Origin: Candidatus Tectimicrobiota bacterium
GTDB taxonomy: Bacteria; JACPUC01
DNA: 20,000 nucleotides
Assembly (NCBI GenBank): GCA_016192455.1
Contig: JACPUC010000019.1
Coordinates: forward strand, 297,285-317,284
Direction: 5' to 3'
The notes beneath the pieces are model-generated. The model was not told the DNA's origin. It did not search any database and was given only the letters and a program-made list of their open reading frames with translations. A program made the translations under genes and the position numbers. Positions 1 to 10,701 of this stretch are shown piece by piece. Position 1 is the first letter of the stretch. Each line of letters begins with the position of its first letter.

Positions 1-450
1 ATCTTCGCCTCGCTGTCCGTGCAGGAAAACCTGCGCATGGGCGCCTTCAGCCGCGCCGACCGAAAGCAGGCGTGGATGAGGCAGCTCGACGGGATGTTCG
101 AGCTCTTTCCCCACCTCGCGCAGCGCCGGCATCAGCTCGGCGGCACCTTGAGCGGCGGCGAGCAACAGATGCTGGCCATCGCCCGCGCCCTCATGTCGAA
201 CCCCAGGCTCCTCCTCCTCGACGAGCCTTCCATGGGACTGGCCCCCCTCCTCGTAGAGCAGATATTCGCCATCATCAGGGACCTGAATCGCCGCGGCGCC
301 ACCGTGCTCCTGGTGGAGCAGAACGCCCGCATGGCCCTGTCCGTTGCAAGTGTTGGCTACGTCATGGAGATCGGCTCCATCGTCCTGCACGACACCGCCC
401 GGCGCCTCCTTGATAACCCCCAAGTGCAAGCGGCCTACCTTGGCATCTGA
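1..450 (+). CDS. livF: Branched-chain amino acid ABC transporter ATP-binding protein (5'-truncated by window edge)
   Basis: Frame is open from base 1 (IFASLSVQENLRMGA). Contains signature LSGGEQQMLAIARALM, Walker B LLLLDEPSMGLAP, LLVEQNA and the typical LivF C-terminus VQAAYLG. Confidence 0.93.
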   Translation: MFASLSVQENLRMGAFSRADRKQAWMRQLDGMFELFPHLAQRRHQLGGTLSGGEQQMLAIARALMSNPRLLLLDEPSMGLAPLLVEQIFAIIRDLNRRGATVLLVEQNARMALSVASVGYVMEIGSIVLHDTARRLLDNPQVQAAYLGI

Positions 451-521
451 GCCGGTTCACCCGGGCGCCTGGCGGGCCGACCGGCTGCGCCATCTTCCCC
501 TCCCTTGCTTCCCGGCGCCTT

Positions 522-2213
522 TCAGAGGTAGGCCTTCAGGACGTACTGCTGGATCATGCGGTGCGTGTTGAAGAACGACCCGTTGAGCGCGATGGCGTGC
601 CGCATGATGTCGAGGTAGCGCGGCAGGTTCTGGTAGAACATCGGCATCACCACGTACTGGAGCTTATCGTAGAGCGCCGAAGCGTCCCGCTTCCTGCCGG
701 CCTCGCTGCCATCCGATTGCTCGCTCTCCCCGAACGACCAGCCCGTCAGCCCTTCGATGCACCCCTCGATCCACCAGCCGTCCAGCGTGCTGAGGGAGGG
801 CACGCCGTTGAGGGCTGCCTTCATGCCGCTGGTGCCGGAAGCCTCCAACGGCGGTTGCGGATTGTTCAGCCAGACATCGGAGCCCGCCGTGATGAGCTTG
901 CCGAACTCAATGTCGTAGTTCGGCACGAAGACCACGCGGATAACATCCTTCAGCGCCTCCTTGGCCCAGTAAATGTGCTGAATCAACTCCTTGCCGGAGG
1001 TGTCGTGGGGATGCGCCTTGCCGGCAAAGATGATCTGGAACGGACCGGCGTTGCTGGCGATGAGGCGCAAACGGTCGAGGTCGGAGAAGAAGAGGTCCGG
1101 ACGCTTGTAGGCTGTCATGCGTCGCGCGAAGCCGATGGTGAAGACGTCTGTCTCCATGCCGGCATTGGTCAGCCGGTTGACGAACTGGAGAAGGTCGCGC
1201 TTAGCGGCTTGGTGTGCTTGCCACACCTCTTCGGCCGGAATGCTCAGGGCGTAGCGGAGGCTGTAGTTCTCCTCGCGCCAGGTCGGCAGATGCTGGTCGA
1301 AGAGGCGGGCCATGGCCGGGGAAACCCAGGTGCCGGCGTGCACGCCGTTCGTGATCGAATCGATCGTGTACTTCGCAAAGAGGTACTTCGCCACCTCCGC
1401 GTGGCGTTTGGCTACCCCGTTAATGTAGTGGCTAAGGTTCAGCGCCAGGTAGGTCATGTTGAAGTTGTCATCGAAACAACAGAGTTCAAGGGTGTCAGCC
1501 ACGGCGTGGCGTCCGAGCACCCGGTTCACGAGTTCGATCGGAAACCGGTCGTGTCCTGACGTCACGGGAGTGTGCGTCGTAAATACACACTGGTGCCGAA
1601 CGGCATCGAGATCCTTCGGCAGAACCGTCTGCCGCTCCTCCTTTCGCAGTTCCTCGTTGAGCAGCGCCAGCGTCAGGAAGCTGGCGTGTCCCTCGTTCAT
1701 ATGAAAGCGTTCGATGCCTTGGTAGCCCAGCGCCCGCAGCATGCGCACGCCGCCGTACCCCAGGATAATCTCCTGGGCCAGGCGGTAACGCTGATCGCCG
1801 CCATAGAGGGTGTCGGTGAAGTTCCGATCTTCCGGCGAGTTTTCGCTCAGGTTGGTATCGAGGAAGTAGACCGGCACGACGAAGTTCTTGATGCCGCGCA
1901 CGTCAAAACGCCAAGCCGCAACGTTCACCTGGCGGCCTTCGATCGTCACCGTCACGTGATTGTCCATCTTCACCAACTGGTCCTCGACCACCCATTCCGC
2001 CGCTGACTCGTTTTGCCAGCCTCTGCCGTCGAGCGCTTGGTAGAAGTAGCCCTTGCGATGCAGCAGGGTGACCCCCACCATCGGGATCGACAGGTCCGCC
2101 GCGGCCCGGATCGTATCCCCCGCCAGGATGCCGAGACCGCCGCTGTACGTCGGAATATCCGCAAGAAGCCCAACTTCCATCGAGAAATAGGCAATACCTC
2201 TGTCGCTGTTCAT
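522..2213 (-). CDS. glgP: Alpha-glucan (glycogen/starch) phosphorylase, compact 563-aa form
   Basis: Motifs [55 protein letters not shown] and the PLP-lysine motif EASGTSGMK. Confidence 0.93.
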   Translation of the reverse strand: MNSDRGIAYFSMEVGLLADIPTYSGGLGILAGDTIRAAADLSIPMVGVTLLHRKGYFYQALDGRGWQNESAAEWVVEDQLVKMDNHVTVTIEGRQVNVAAWRFDVRGIKNFVVPVYFLDTNLSENSPEDRNFTDTLYGGDQRYRLAQEIILGYGGVRMLRALGYQGIERFHMNEGHASFLTLALLNEELRKEERQTVLPKDLDAVRHQCVFTTHTPVTSGHDRFPIELVNRVLGRHAVADTLELCCFDDNFNMTYLALNLSHYINGVAKRHAEVAKYLFAKYTIDSITNGVHAGTWVSPAMARLFDQHLPTWREENYSLRYALSIPAEEVWQAHQAAKRDLLQFVNRLTNAGMETDVFTIGFARRMTAYKRPDLFFSDLDRLRLIASNAGPFQIIFAGKAHPHDTSGKELIQHIYWAKEALKDVIRVVFVPNYDIEFGKLITAGSDVWLNNPQPPLEASGTSGMKAALNGVPSLSTLDGWWIEGCIEGLTGWSFGESEQSDGSEAGRKRDASALYDKLQYVVMPMFYQNLPRYLDIMRHAIALNGSFFNTHRMIQQYVLKAYL

Positions 2214-2854
2214 AACTCGGTCCTGCTCTCTCGTCGCTTCAGTTAGTTCACCCGAAACACCGCGCGCCTCATGGCGCCCACGTCTCGTTCCGGCCGCGGG
2301 TTCTCAAGGTCATTACAAGGACGCACCAGCACTTCGTTGCAAACGAGCGGTTCGCGCCTCGATCGTGGGGCTGCCGCGGAGGAATCCTCTCCCTTGCCGC
2401 ACCCCATCCGCCTCGACGCGGCCCCTGCCGCCCGGCGCTGACGGAATGCAGTCTATCACAAACAGGAAGGTTGCGAGACGGCAAGGCAGCCGCAGGCACC
2501 ACGGAGGGGCATGGGAACATCGCGCCGCCGGCGCCTTCGGTCGCCTCCCGCGCCCCGTACCACGTGCACCGGGGCGCATTCTCCCTTGTCCTCAGGGTTG
2601 AACATGGGAGAGAATGGGGCCGTCCCAGGGCGCGTCCCGCTCGGCTCAGCGGTGCAGGAGGCCGCGGCGCCGCGCGCGGCAGCGCTCCTGCCGCTGCGGC
2701 GCGGGCGCGGGGTTTGCCGATCGTTACAGCCAGGAGCCTGCAGGCGGACGCACTCTCTCAAGCAGGGCCGTCATCTTCCCCCGTCATGCTCCCCGGCCCA
2801 GACGCCTGGACGAGCATGGCGAAGAGCGATAGACCGAGCGTGAGGAGAAGAGCA

Positions 2855-3676
2855 ATGATCATCCACGACTGGAACGGCGACCTCATGGTCATCTACCAGA
2901 TGGATCACGGTGATCTGGCCGCCCAGTTCGAGCGGTCCTGGGGGAACACCACCTTCGCCCCAGCCGAGCCCAGCCAGGCGATGGCCCATGCCACCTCCTG
3001 GCACGACAACGGCTGGATCGAGTACGACGCGAAGCCCCGCGTCAATCCACAGACGCGCCGCCCTTACCGGCTGCATGAGGTGCCGGCCACCGAGCACTTG
3101 GAGTTCTACAAGGCGGGCATCGGCAAGGTGATCCGTGAGGATGCGTACGCGGGCCTCCTGGTGAGCATGCACCTGACGGGCCTCTACCAGCAGCGCTACG
3201 GGCTCGACGGCGGCATGCCGAGCTTCATCGAGCGCGCCGCCCCGGAGGCGCGGGAAAACGTGCGCGCCTTCATCGCCCAGCTCGAGCGCGAGCAGGCCGA
3301 GCTGCGCGCCCGCCTGCAGCACAACCCTGCGTATGCCGCCGCCGTGGAGGACCGCTGGCTGTGGACGAACTACCGCCTCCTGCAGGTGTTCGACCAGATC
3401 TCGCTCTTCTTCTGCTTCTTTCGTCCCGGCGCGACACGCACGATCAAGGCCGCGCCCCGCACCTACGACGGCGCGGAGGTGACCCTTCGGGTCACGGCCC
3501 TGGATGCCTCGCGCGTCGTCGTCGTCCCGTTCCCGTTCGCCCATGCCGAAACCGAGGTGACGCTGCGCGTCAAACGGCTCCCCAATCGCACCTATGCCGA
3601 TGACGACGACGTGCGAGCCACGCTAAACGCGGCTCCATTCCAGGCGCTCCGATATATCCTCGCGGCCGTGGCGTGA
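2855..3676 (+). CDS. DUF3891-like protein (putative HD-type metal-binding)
   Basis: The ORF track starts at 2471, but the protein-like part begins at ATG 2855 after GAGGAG (2842-2847). Motifs IYQMDHGDLAAQF..WG, HDNGW, YAGLLVSMH and LLQVFDQISLFFC match my recollection of DUF3891. Confidence 0.7.
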   Translation: MIIHDWNGDLMVIYQMDHGDLAAQFERSWGNTTFAPAEPSQAMAHATSWHDNGWIEYDAKPRVNPQTRRPYRLHEVPATEHLEFYKAGIGKVIREDAYAGLLVSMHLTGLYQQRYGLDGGMPSFIERAAPEARENVRAFIAQLEREQAELRARLQHNPAYAAAVEDRWLWTNYRLLQVFDQISLFFCFFRPGATRTIKAAPRTYDGAEVTLRVTALDASRVVVVPFPFAHAETEVTLRVKRLPNRTYADDDDVRATLNAAPFQALRYILAAVA

Positions 3677-3861
3677 GCGCCTCCCCGGGCGTTCGAACGA
3701 CAAGGGAAAGCAGGCAAGGAGCATCCCGTTCCTCGGCAGGAGACGAGGAGCAGGCGCCGGCGGCTCAGGCACAGGTTGCCCGTGCGTCTCGCACTCTCAC
3801 CGCGGCCGGCGACAATGATACCTCGAGATCTCCAACCACTCGCTGAGAGGAGCGTTCCACT

Positions 3862-4794
3862 ATGACTGTACTCGTGGTCGGCTGCGGCTCCCTGGGGGGG
3901 CTCTACGCGGCCGCGCTCACCCGCGTCGGCGAGGTGTGGGCGTTGGATGCCTCCCAGGAACACGTTGCCGCCATCAACGCCGGGGGTCTGCGCCTCCGCG
4001 GCCTCGAGGAGATGACGGCGCCGGTGCGCGCCACGGCGGACCCCGCCTCCCTCGCCGGAGAGCGCTTCGAGCTCGTCATCGTGGCGGTGAAGTCGACCGC
4101 CACGCGCGCCGCCGTGCGGGCGGTCGCCTCCTACCTCAAGGGCGCGCCGGTTCTCTCCATCCAGAACGGTCTCGGCAATGAAGAGATCATCCGCGAGGAG
4201 GTTGAGGGACCGGTCCTGCAGGGTGTGTCGTTGCTGGCCGCGCTGCTGACCGGGCCGGGGGAGGTGAAGAAGAACCTCGATGGCCTCACCTACATCGGAC
4301 CGTTCATGAGCGACAGCGGCCTTCAGGCGACGCGCGCCCAGGCGGACGAAGCCGGCGCCTTGCTGCGCGCCGCCGGCATGGAGGTGGAGGTCCGCGACGA
4401 TATCCGCGACGTGGTGTGGACGAAGTTGATCATGAACTCGACGATCATGCCGATGCGCATGCTCACCCGGCTCGACAGCGTGGGCCTCGTCAGCGTCGCC
4501 CCGGTGCGCGCCCTCATCGAGGAGATGGCGACGGAGGGCACGGCCGTGATGGCGAAGATGGGGTTGCGCCCCGTCTTCGATCCGCTCTACGTCCTGCAGC
4601 GGGCGGCCAAGGAGCGCACCTCGCCCCATGCCGGCTCGATGAGCCGCGATGTGGCCGCCGGCGTGCAGACGGAGATTGACTTCCTGACCGGCGCCATGGT
4701 CGCCGCGGGCGAGCGGCTGGGGGTGCCGATGCCGAAGTCGAAAGCGTTCTACCAAATCTTCAAGGGCTTTGAGGCTTCGTTCCTGAAAGGTTGA
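3862..4794 (+). CDS. panE: 2-dehydropantoate 2-reductase (ketopantoate reductase family)
   Basis: Rossmann VVGCGSLGG, VAVKS, SIQNGLGNEE, WTKLIMN, SMSRDV...TEIDFLTGA. RBS GAGGAG upstream. Confidence 0.9.
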   Translation: MTVLVVGCGSLGGLYAAALTRVGEVWALDASQEHVAAINAGGLRLRGLEEMTAPVRATADPASLAGERFELVIVAVKSTATRAAVRAVASYLKGAPVLSIQNGLGNEEIIREEVEGPVLQGVSLLAALLTGPGEVKKNLDGLTYIGPFMSDSGLQATRAQADEAGALLRAAGMEVEVRDDIRDVVWTKLIMNSTIMPMRMLTRLDSVGLVSVAPVRALIEEMATEGTAVMAKMGLRPVFDPLYVLQRAAKERTSPHAGSMSRDVAAGVQTEIDFLTGAMVAAGERLGVPMPKSKAFYQIFKGFEASFLKG

Positions 4795-7505
4795 GGGCCC
4801 TGCCGCGCCGCGGGCGCCAGCGTTCGCCCCAGGGAGCTGCCCGGCTCTCCTGCCACGACCAGGGGCTCCCGTGTCTGCGGCCTGCGTTCCAGAACCTCCA
4901 CCTGCGGCGCGGCGCGGGGAACGGTGGGGAGCAGTCGCAGGGTGCGTCCATCCGTCTCCACGACAATGGCGCCTTGCGCCGCCGTCGTGTAGAGCGGGAT
5001 GCCATGCTCCGCGTAGCGGCGCACCACGCTCGGCGCTGGATGGCCATAGCGGTTGTAGAGGCCCGCCGAGACGACCGCCGCCCGCGGACGCACGACGTCG
5101 AGAAACGCCGCCGTGCTGGAGGTGCGGCTGCCATGGTGCGGCACCTTCAGGATCGTGCTGGCAAGGTCGGCGGAGGAGGCCAGCAGCCACCTCTCGGTCT
5201 CCGCTCCGATATCGCTCGTGAAGAGCACGCTCGCCCCCCCGAAGACGAGACGCAACACCAGGGAACGATGGTTCTCGTCGGAGAGGCGTCGCCTGTCATG
5301 GGGGGGCGGAGTCTCGCCGGCGCTGAGGACCGCAACATACGTCGCCTCACCGAGGGGGATGCGCATCCCCGCCCGCAGCGCCCCAAGCCGCGCGCCCGCC
5401 TGTCGGGCGGCCACTTCCAGCTCGGAGGTGTCGAAGCTGCGCGGCGCCGCCGTGTTGGTCCACACCTCCCGCACCCCATAGCGCTCGATGAGGAAGGGCA
5501 GCCCGCCGGTATGGTCGCCATCGCGGTGCGTGGCCACCGCCACGTCGAGGCGTCGAATGCCGCGCGCCCGCAGGTACGGGGCGACGATGGCGGCGCCGGC
5601 ATCGTCGCCGCCCTTCCAGCGACTGCCGGCGTCGACGAGGAGGACGCGTCCATCCGGCAGCTCCGCCACGGCGGCATCCCCCTGCCCCACGTTGAGGAAG
5701 GCCACCCTGAGGAGCCCCGTCGCCCGACGCGGCAGGTAGGGCGGCAGCGCCAGCAGCAGCATGGCGGCGAGGGCTGCAACCCCGCCGCAGCGCAGCATGC
5801 GCGCCGCTCTCCCCGCGGCAACCCAAGCCGCGCTCAGCAACCCCAGGCCCAGGTACGCCAGCGCCAGAACCGCCAGCGAGGGCGTGACGACGTGGAGCAC
5901 CGCCCCAGGCAGCGCTGGCGCCAGCTCGCTCACCTTCAGGAGCAGCGTGGTGCACAAGGCGCTGGCCTGCAACGGCAGCCACGCGGCGCTTGGCGAGAGG
6001 AGCCCCACCATAGCGCCCAGGAGACCGCTCGGAACGGCAAGCGAGGCCAGGGGAACCGCCAGGAGGTTGGCAGGCAAGCTCCAAGGATAGACGACGCCGA
6101 AGTGGTAGGCGAGGATCGGCAGGGTGGCGAGCCAGGCCGCCAGCGAGACGAGGAAGGAGAGCATCAGCTTCCGGCTCCACCACCGGGGTTGCTCCAGCCC
6201 GGCCTGCCGAAACGGGTTCCGCGCCTCTCGCAGGCGCAGCAACCGCAGCGCCACGGCAATCCCCGCCACGGCCCCAAAGGAGAGCTGGAATCCCGCCTCA
6301 TAAACGGAGCCTGGCATCCACAGCAGCACCACCAGCCCGGCAAGCGCCAGGCTATGGAAGACGTAGCGCTGTCGATCCACCACATGCGCCCCGTAGAAGG
6401 CGGCTCCCATGAGGAGCGCGCGCGTGGTGGAAACTTGAAACCCGACCAGCGCGGCGTAGAAGAGCATCGGCCAGAGCGCCGCGAATGCCGCCACCCGCCG
6501 GGAGCTGACGCACCAGGCCCAGCGCCGCACCAGGCAGCCGTTCAGCAGCGCCAGGAACAGACGTACCACGCCGTAGCTGGCCACGCCGACGAAGCCGACG
6601 TGCAAGCCGGAAACGGCCAGGAGATGGGCGAGGCCGCTCTTCGTCAGGTTCTCCTCGTGGGTGCGGGTGAGCTGCCCGCGATCACTGAAAAGGATCGCCC
6701 GCATCACCCCCGCCGTCGGCCGCGCCACCTGCCAACTGAGGAGCTGCTCAATGCGTCGCCTCGCGGCTGCCAGGAACAGGCCGAGCTGCGTCCCCTGGCC
6801 GCGCTCGAGGAGGTCCACCCGCAGCCACGAGGTGGCCCCACCCCGCACGAAGATGCCGCGTGTTCCCAGGTAGCGCTGATAGTTGAACTCGCCCGGGTTA
6901 TGAGAGCGGTACGTCTTGCGCAGCATGACGCCGCGCACCACGATGCGATCGCCGTAGTGAACATACGCCCAGGTCTCGTAGACCTTGAGGAGGACGCGGC
7001 CGCTCACCGGCAGGTCGACGCTGGGGAGGTACGACTTTCCCTCGTAGACCAGGCGCTCGGCCTCGAGTGTCACCAGGACCGCCTCGCGGCGTTGCGTCGG
7101 CGGCGCGACGACGCGGCCATAGAGATCAGCGCGGGCGTCGCGGAGATGGTGCAGGAGATGCTGCCGTGAACGGGGAGCGGCGGTCCACCAGCTTCGGCTG
7201 CCGCCCAGCAGAGCCGCGCCGCTGGCGAGGAGGATGAGGAGGGCCAGCGGGCGCCGCCACGGCGGCGTGGCGCGGCGCCCCCCCAGCAGAGCCGGCAGCA
7301 GGGCGAGAGCGGGAATGGCCAGCCACCACAGCGCCACGCCGGCCAAGAGGATTCCCGCAACCACTCCGCCCAGCACGGCCAGCATCCGCGCCAGGGGCCC
7401 TTGCAGCGCGCGTGCCATGACCTCCCCTGGCGGCGTCGCGTTCACAGCTACCACGGCCTGCTCGGAGTCCAGCCTCACCATGGATGTCCTCGGCCAGCAC
7501 ACCAA
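4749..7505 (-). CDS. comEC: DNA internalization competence protein ComEC/Rec2 (start uncertain; alternatives near 7482 or 7418)
   Basis: NPGEFNY, competence-domain GLAHLLAVSGLHVG and GFQLSF, hydrophobic TM segments, and a C-terminal metallo-beta-lactamase domain (NVGQGDA, THRDGDHTGG, LKVPHHGS, NRYGHP). Confidence 0.92.
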   Translation of the reverse strand: MVCWPRTSMVRLDSEQAVVAVNATPPGEVMARALQGPLARMLAVLGGVVAGILLAGVALWWLAIPALALLPALLGGRRATPPWRRPLALLILLASGAALLGGSRSWWTAAPRSRQHLLHHLRDARADLYGRVVAPPTQRREAVLVTLEAERLVYEGKSYLPSVDLPVSGRVLLKVYETWAYVHYGDRIVVRGVMLRKTYRSHNPGEFNYQRYLGTRGIFVRGGATSWLRVDLLERGQGTQLGLFLAAARRRIEQLLSWQVARPTAGVMRAILFSDRGQLTRTHEENLTKSGLAHLLAVSGLHVGFVGVASYGVVRLFLALLNGCLVRRWAWCVSSRRVAAFAALWPMLFYAALVGFQVSTTRALLMGAAFYGAHVVDRQRYVFHSLALAGLVVLLWMPGSVYEAGFQLSFGAVAGIAVALRLLRLREARNPFRQAGLEQPRWWSRKLMLSFLVSLAAWLATLPILAYHFGVVYPWSLPANLLAVPLASLAVPSGLLGAMVGLLSPSAAWLPLQASALCTTLLLKVSELAPALPGAVLHVVTPSLAVLALAYLGLGLLSAAWVAAGRAARMLRCGGVAALAAMLLLALPPYLPRRATGLLRVAFLNVGQGDAAVAELPDGRVLLVDAGSRWKGGDDAGAAIVAPYLRARGIRRLDVAVATHRDGDHTGGLPFLIERYGVREVWTNTAAPRSFDTSELEVAARQAGARLGALRAGMRIPLGEATYVAVLSAGETPPPHDRRRLSDENHRSLVLRLVFGGASVLFTSDIGAETERWLLASSADLASTILKVPHHGSRTSSTAAFLDVVRPRAAVVSAGLYNRYGHPAPSVVRRYAEHGIPLYTTAAQGAIVVETDGRTLRLLPTVPRAAPQVEVLERRPQTREPLVVAGEPGSSLGRTLAPAARQGPQPFRNEASKPLKIW

Positions 7506-7580
7506 GAACTGGAGGGAATGCTTGACATGGTACGCAAAATGTTAAAAGCAGCAAGCGAAAAATGTTCGCTTGTCCTTTTC

Positions 7581-7610
7581 TTGACCAGCCGCCGCGCGGG
7601 GTGCTATAGT
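7581..7610 (+). promoter_or_regulatory. Putative sigma70 promoter for mtnP-hemL-ftsB
   Basis: TTGACC (7581-7586), 18 nt, then TATAGT (7605-7610) with a TGn extended -10, in an AT-richer divergent intergenic region. Confidence 0.5.
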
Positions 7611-7778
7611 TAAGACCGTGATGGACGCAGCCGCGCGCCGCGAGGCTCGTGCCGCCGCCGCATGGGAGAAGGATGGAACCGCTGGCGTGCCTCCGTGCGG
7701 CACGCTGACGGTGGGAGCGAGGCGGCGGGCGCCGCGGCGATCGGCCACAGAAACAGCCACCCAGGCCAGGGCAAGGAG

Positions 7779-8660
7779 ATGCGAGGCGTGCGGGTGGGCG
7801 TACTGGGAGGGAGTGGACTCTACGACCTGCCTGGCTTGTCGGAGACCGAGCAGGTGCCGGTGACGACGCCGTTCGGCGATCCCTCGGATGTCTACGTAAG
7901 AGGGAACCTGGGCGGGGTGGAGGTCTTCTTCCTGGCGCGTCATGGCCGCGGCCACCGCCTCATGCCGACCGAGCTGAACTACCGCGCCAACATCTACGGC
8001 TTCAAGCAGCTCGGCGTGGAGTGGGTCATCGCGGTGAGCGCCGTCGGCAGCCTGCGCGAGGACCTGGCGCCGGGACACCTCTGCATCCCCGACCAGTTTT
8101 ACGATAATACCCGACACCGCCCCCTCACCTTTTACGGCGAAGGCGTGGTGGTGCATGTCGCCATGGCTGACCCCGTCTGCCCGCACCTCTGCGACCTCCT
8201 CGCCAGCAGCGCCGAGCGGCTTGGCGCAACGGTCCGCAAGGGGGGCACCTACCTGTGCATCGAGGGGCCGCAGTTCTCCACGCGGAGCGAATCGCTCATT
8301 TACCGCCAGTGGGGCGTTGATGTCATCGGCATGACGAACATGCCCGAGGCCAAGCTGGCGCGCGAGGCCGAGATTTGCTACGCGACGCTGGCCATGGTCA
8401 CGGACTACGACTGCTGGCACGAGTCGGAAGCGAGCGTGGACGTCGATCAGATCCTGCGGGTCCTGCAGCAGAACGCCATGACAGCCCAGGCGATCATCGC
8501 CGAGATGCTGCCCCGCATCAAACCGTTGCGCACCTGCCCCTGCGCCCGCGCCTTGGAGAATGCCATCCTCACCAATCCGGCGAGCATCCCGTTCGTGCGG
8601 CGACAGCAACTCGACCTGCTGCTCGGCCCCTACCTGCGTACGCGCGAGGGAGACCGCTAG
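7779..8660 (+). CDS. mtnP: S-methyl-5'-thioadenosine phosphorylase
   Basis: [71 protein letters not shown] 7779 follows AAGGAG. Confidence 0.93.
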   Translation: MRGVRVGVLGGSGLYDLPGLSETEQVPVTTPFGDPSDVYVRGNLGGVEVFFLARHGRGHRLMPTELNYRANIYGFKQLGVEWVIAVSAVGSLREDLAPGHLCIPDQFYDNTRHRPLTFYGEGVVVHVAMADPVCPHLCDLLASSAERLGATVRKGGTYLCIEGPQFSTRSESLIYRQWGVDVIGMTNMPEAKLAREAEICYATLAMVTDYDCWHESEASVDVDQILRVLQQNAMTAQAIIAEMLPRIKPLRTCPCARALENAILTNPASIPFVRRQQLDLLLGPYLRTREGDR

Positions 8661-8661
8661 C

Positions 8662-9942
8662 GTGCCTTCATCTCACGAGCTCTTCGCTGAAGCCCAACGC
8701 TGCCTCGTCGGCGGCGTCAACAGTCCGGTGCGGGCCTACCGCGCCGTGGGTGGCCAGCCGCCGTTCATCGCCCGGGCCGCCGGCGCGCGCATCGAGGACG
8801 TGGAGGGGAAGAGCTACATCGACTACGTGGGAACGTGGGGCCCGGCGATCCTCGGCCACGCCCACCCCGAGGTGGTGACGGCCATCCAGAAGGCGGCGGA
8901 GCAGGGCACGAGCTTCGGCGCCCCAACCGCTCTCGAAGTGGAGATGGCCTCCCTGCTCATCGAGGCGGTGCCCTCCATCGAGCGCGTGCGCATGGTGAAC
9001 TCCGGCACCGAAGCCACCATGGCCGCCGTACGCCTGGCCCGCGGGTTTACCGGGCGGGACAAGATCATCAAGCTTGCAGGCTGCTACCACGGGCATGCCG
9101 ACAGCCTCCTCGTCAAGGCGGGTTCGGGGGTGCTTACCTTCGGCACCCCTGACAGCGCCGGCGTGCCGGCCGACGTCGCCCGCTCCACCATCATCCTGCC
9201 CTTCAACGATGCCGCCGCCGCGCGCCGCGTCTTCGAAGCCGAGGGGAGCAGCATCGCCGGCCTCATCATCGAGCCTGTCGCGGGCAACATGGGCGTGATT
9301 CCCCCCCGCGACGGCTACCTGGCGGAGCTGCGCGAGATCACCCGCCGGCACGACGCCCTGCTCATCTTCGATGAGGTGATGACCGGGTTCCGCGTCGCCT
9401 ACGGCGGGGCGCAGGAGCTTTACGGGGTGCGGCCCGACCTCACCTGCCTCGGCAAAATCATCGGCGGGGGATTGCCGGTCGGCGCCTTCGGCGGGCGGCG
9501 TGACATCATGGAGAAGCTGGCCCCGCTCGGTCCGGTGTATCAAGCGGGAACCCTGTCGGGCAACCCGCTCGCTATGACGGCGGGGATCACGACCTTGCGC
9601 CTGTTGCGCCGCGGTGGGGTCTACACGCAGCTCGAAGCCACCTCCGCGGCCCTCGCCGAGGGCTTGGCCGCGGCCGCGAAGGACGCCGGCATCCCCTGCC
9701 AGCTCACCCGGGTCGGCTCGATGCTCTGCTGCTTCTTCACGGCCGCCCCAGTGCGCAATTACGACGAGGCGCGGCAGAGCGACACAAAGAGGTTCGAGCG
9801 CTTCTTCCGCAGCATGCTCGGGTCGGGAGTCTACCTAGCACCCTCACAGTTCGAGGCCTGGTTCGTCTCCCTCGCCCACAGCATGGACGACATCGCGGCC
9901 ACGGCTGCGGCGGCCCGCAAAGCGCTCAAGGGCCTGCGCTAG
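8662..9942 (+). CDS. hemL: Glutamate-1-semialdehyde 2,1-aminomutase
   Basis: [69 protein letters not shown] start at 8662 lies just after the mtnP stop. Confidence 0.95.
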   Translation: MPSSHELFAEAQRCLVGGVNSPVRAYRAVGGQPPFIARAAGARIEDVEGKSYIDYVGTWGPAILGHAHPEVVTAIQKAAEQGTSFGAPTALEVEMASLLIEAVPSIERVRMVNSGTEATMAAVRLARGFTGRDKIIKLAGCYHGHADSLLVKAGSGVLTFGTPDSAGVPADVARSTIILPFNDAAAARRVFEAEGSSIAGLIIEPVAGNMGVIPPRDGYLAELREITRRHDALLIFDEVMTGFRVAYGGAQELYGVRPDLTCLGKIIGGGLPVGAFGGRRDIMEKLAPLGPVYQAGTLSGNPLAMTAGITTLRLLRRGGVYTQLEATSAALAEGLAAAAKDAGIPCQLTRVGSMLCCFFTAAPVRNYDEARQSDTKRFERFFRSMLGSGVYLAPSQFEAWFVSLAHSMDDIAATAAAARKALKGLR

Positions 9943-9961
9943 GTGGGAGTGCCAGATCGCC

Positions 9962-10318
9962 ATGAGAGAACGTTGGCAAGACCAAGAGAGCACGTATGGC
10001 AACGGGTCGCGGCGGCGCTGGGCCTCGCTCCTCCTCTGGATCAGCGCCGCCTTCTTCGTCGGCATGGCGGTGCTCGCCACGGTCAGCGACAACGGCTTCC
10101 TGGAGTGGCTCCATCTGCGGGCACGGTACGCCCAGCTTGAACAACTCATTCAACGCACCGAAGAGCAGAACGCCAGGCTCGCCGAAGAGATCCATGCCCT
10201 GAAGACCAACTACGCCAGCATTGAACGGTACGCGCGCGAAGAGTTGGGGTGGGTCAAGGACGGCGAGACCGTCTACCTCCTTCCGCATGGAGAACGGAAT
10301 GACAGCGCTGTCCGGTAA
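9962..10318 (+). CDS. Septum formation initiator (FtsB/DivIC family)
   Basis: Single TM helix, DNGFL, a coiled coil, then IERYAREELGWVKDGETVY, characteristic of FtsB/DivIC. Confidence 0.85.
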   Translation: MRERWQDQESTYGNGSRRRWASLLLWISAAFFVGMAVLATVSDNGFLEWLHLRARYAQLEQLIQRTEEQNARLAEEIHALKTNYASIERYAREELGWVKDGETVYLLPHGERNDSAVR

Positions 10319-10566
10319 GCTCGCGAGCTTTCTTCTGCAAGAGGATGCCGTCGTGAGATCGCGGGCGTGATGCTGCGTTGAACGCCGGAGCTCCGCTAAC
10401 CGGGGCTGGGCTGTCGGAGGTCTCGGAACAGTCCCTCCACGTGCCGCTGTGGCGGCTCACACTTCTTTGCCAGGAGTCGAAGCCGCGGCGGCGGACGGCG
10501 GCTGGCCAGCGCGGGCATGCTGCCATAAAAAAACGCCGCGCAAGCACGCTGCGAGGCGCTTCCACC

Positions 10567-10595
10567 TTGACGCGCGAGATAGATTGCTCTAAGAT
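10567..10595 (+). promoter_or_regulatory. sigma70 promoter of the tRNA
   Basis: TTGACG (10567-10572), 17 nt, then TAAGAT (10590-10595), about 24 nt upstream of the tRNA. Confidence 0.6.
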
Positions 10596-10618
10596 AATCT
10601 TGCAACAGAGAGGCATGG

Positions 10619-10695
<77 letters not shown>

Positions 10696-10701
10696 ATACA
10701 A

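Noticed and set aside
2214-2854. 640-bp gap between glgP and the DUF3891-like gene (riboswitch or ORF extension from 2471?)
   Set aside because: No riboswitch motif I recognise; the extension is Arg/Ala/Pro-rich noise and a good RBS precedes 2855.
4749-4794. 46-bp convergent overlap of the panE and comEC 3' ends
   Set aside because: The ComEC tail is low-complexity run-on, common in GC-rich genomes; no sign of function.
4791-7169. 792-aa plus-strand ORF and other long shadow ORFs (3592-5190, 561-1559, 7542-8609, 11572-12402, 18804-19646)
   Set aside because: They are antisense to well-supported genes in high-GC DNA and have no recognisable motifs.
7552-7572. Inverted repeat CAAGCGAA/TTCGCTTG between comEC and mtnP
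   Set aside because: Single 8-bp stem with no recognisable regulator motif; insufficient support.
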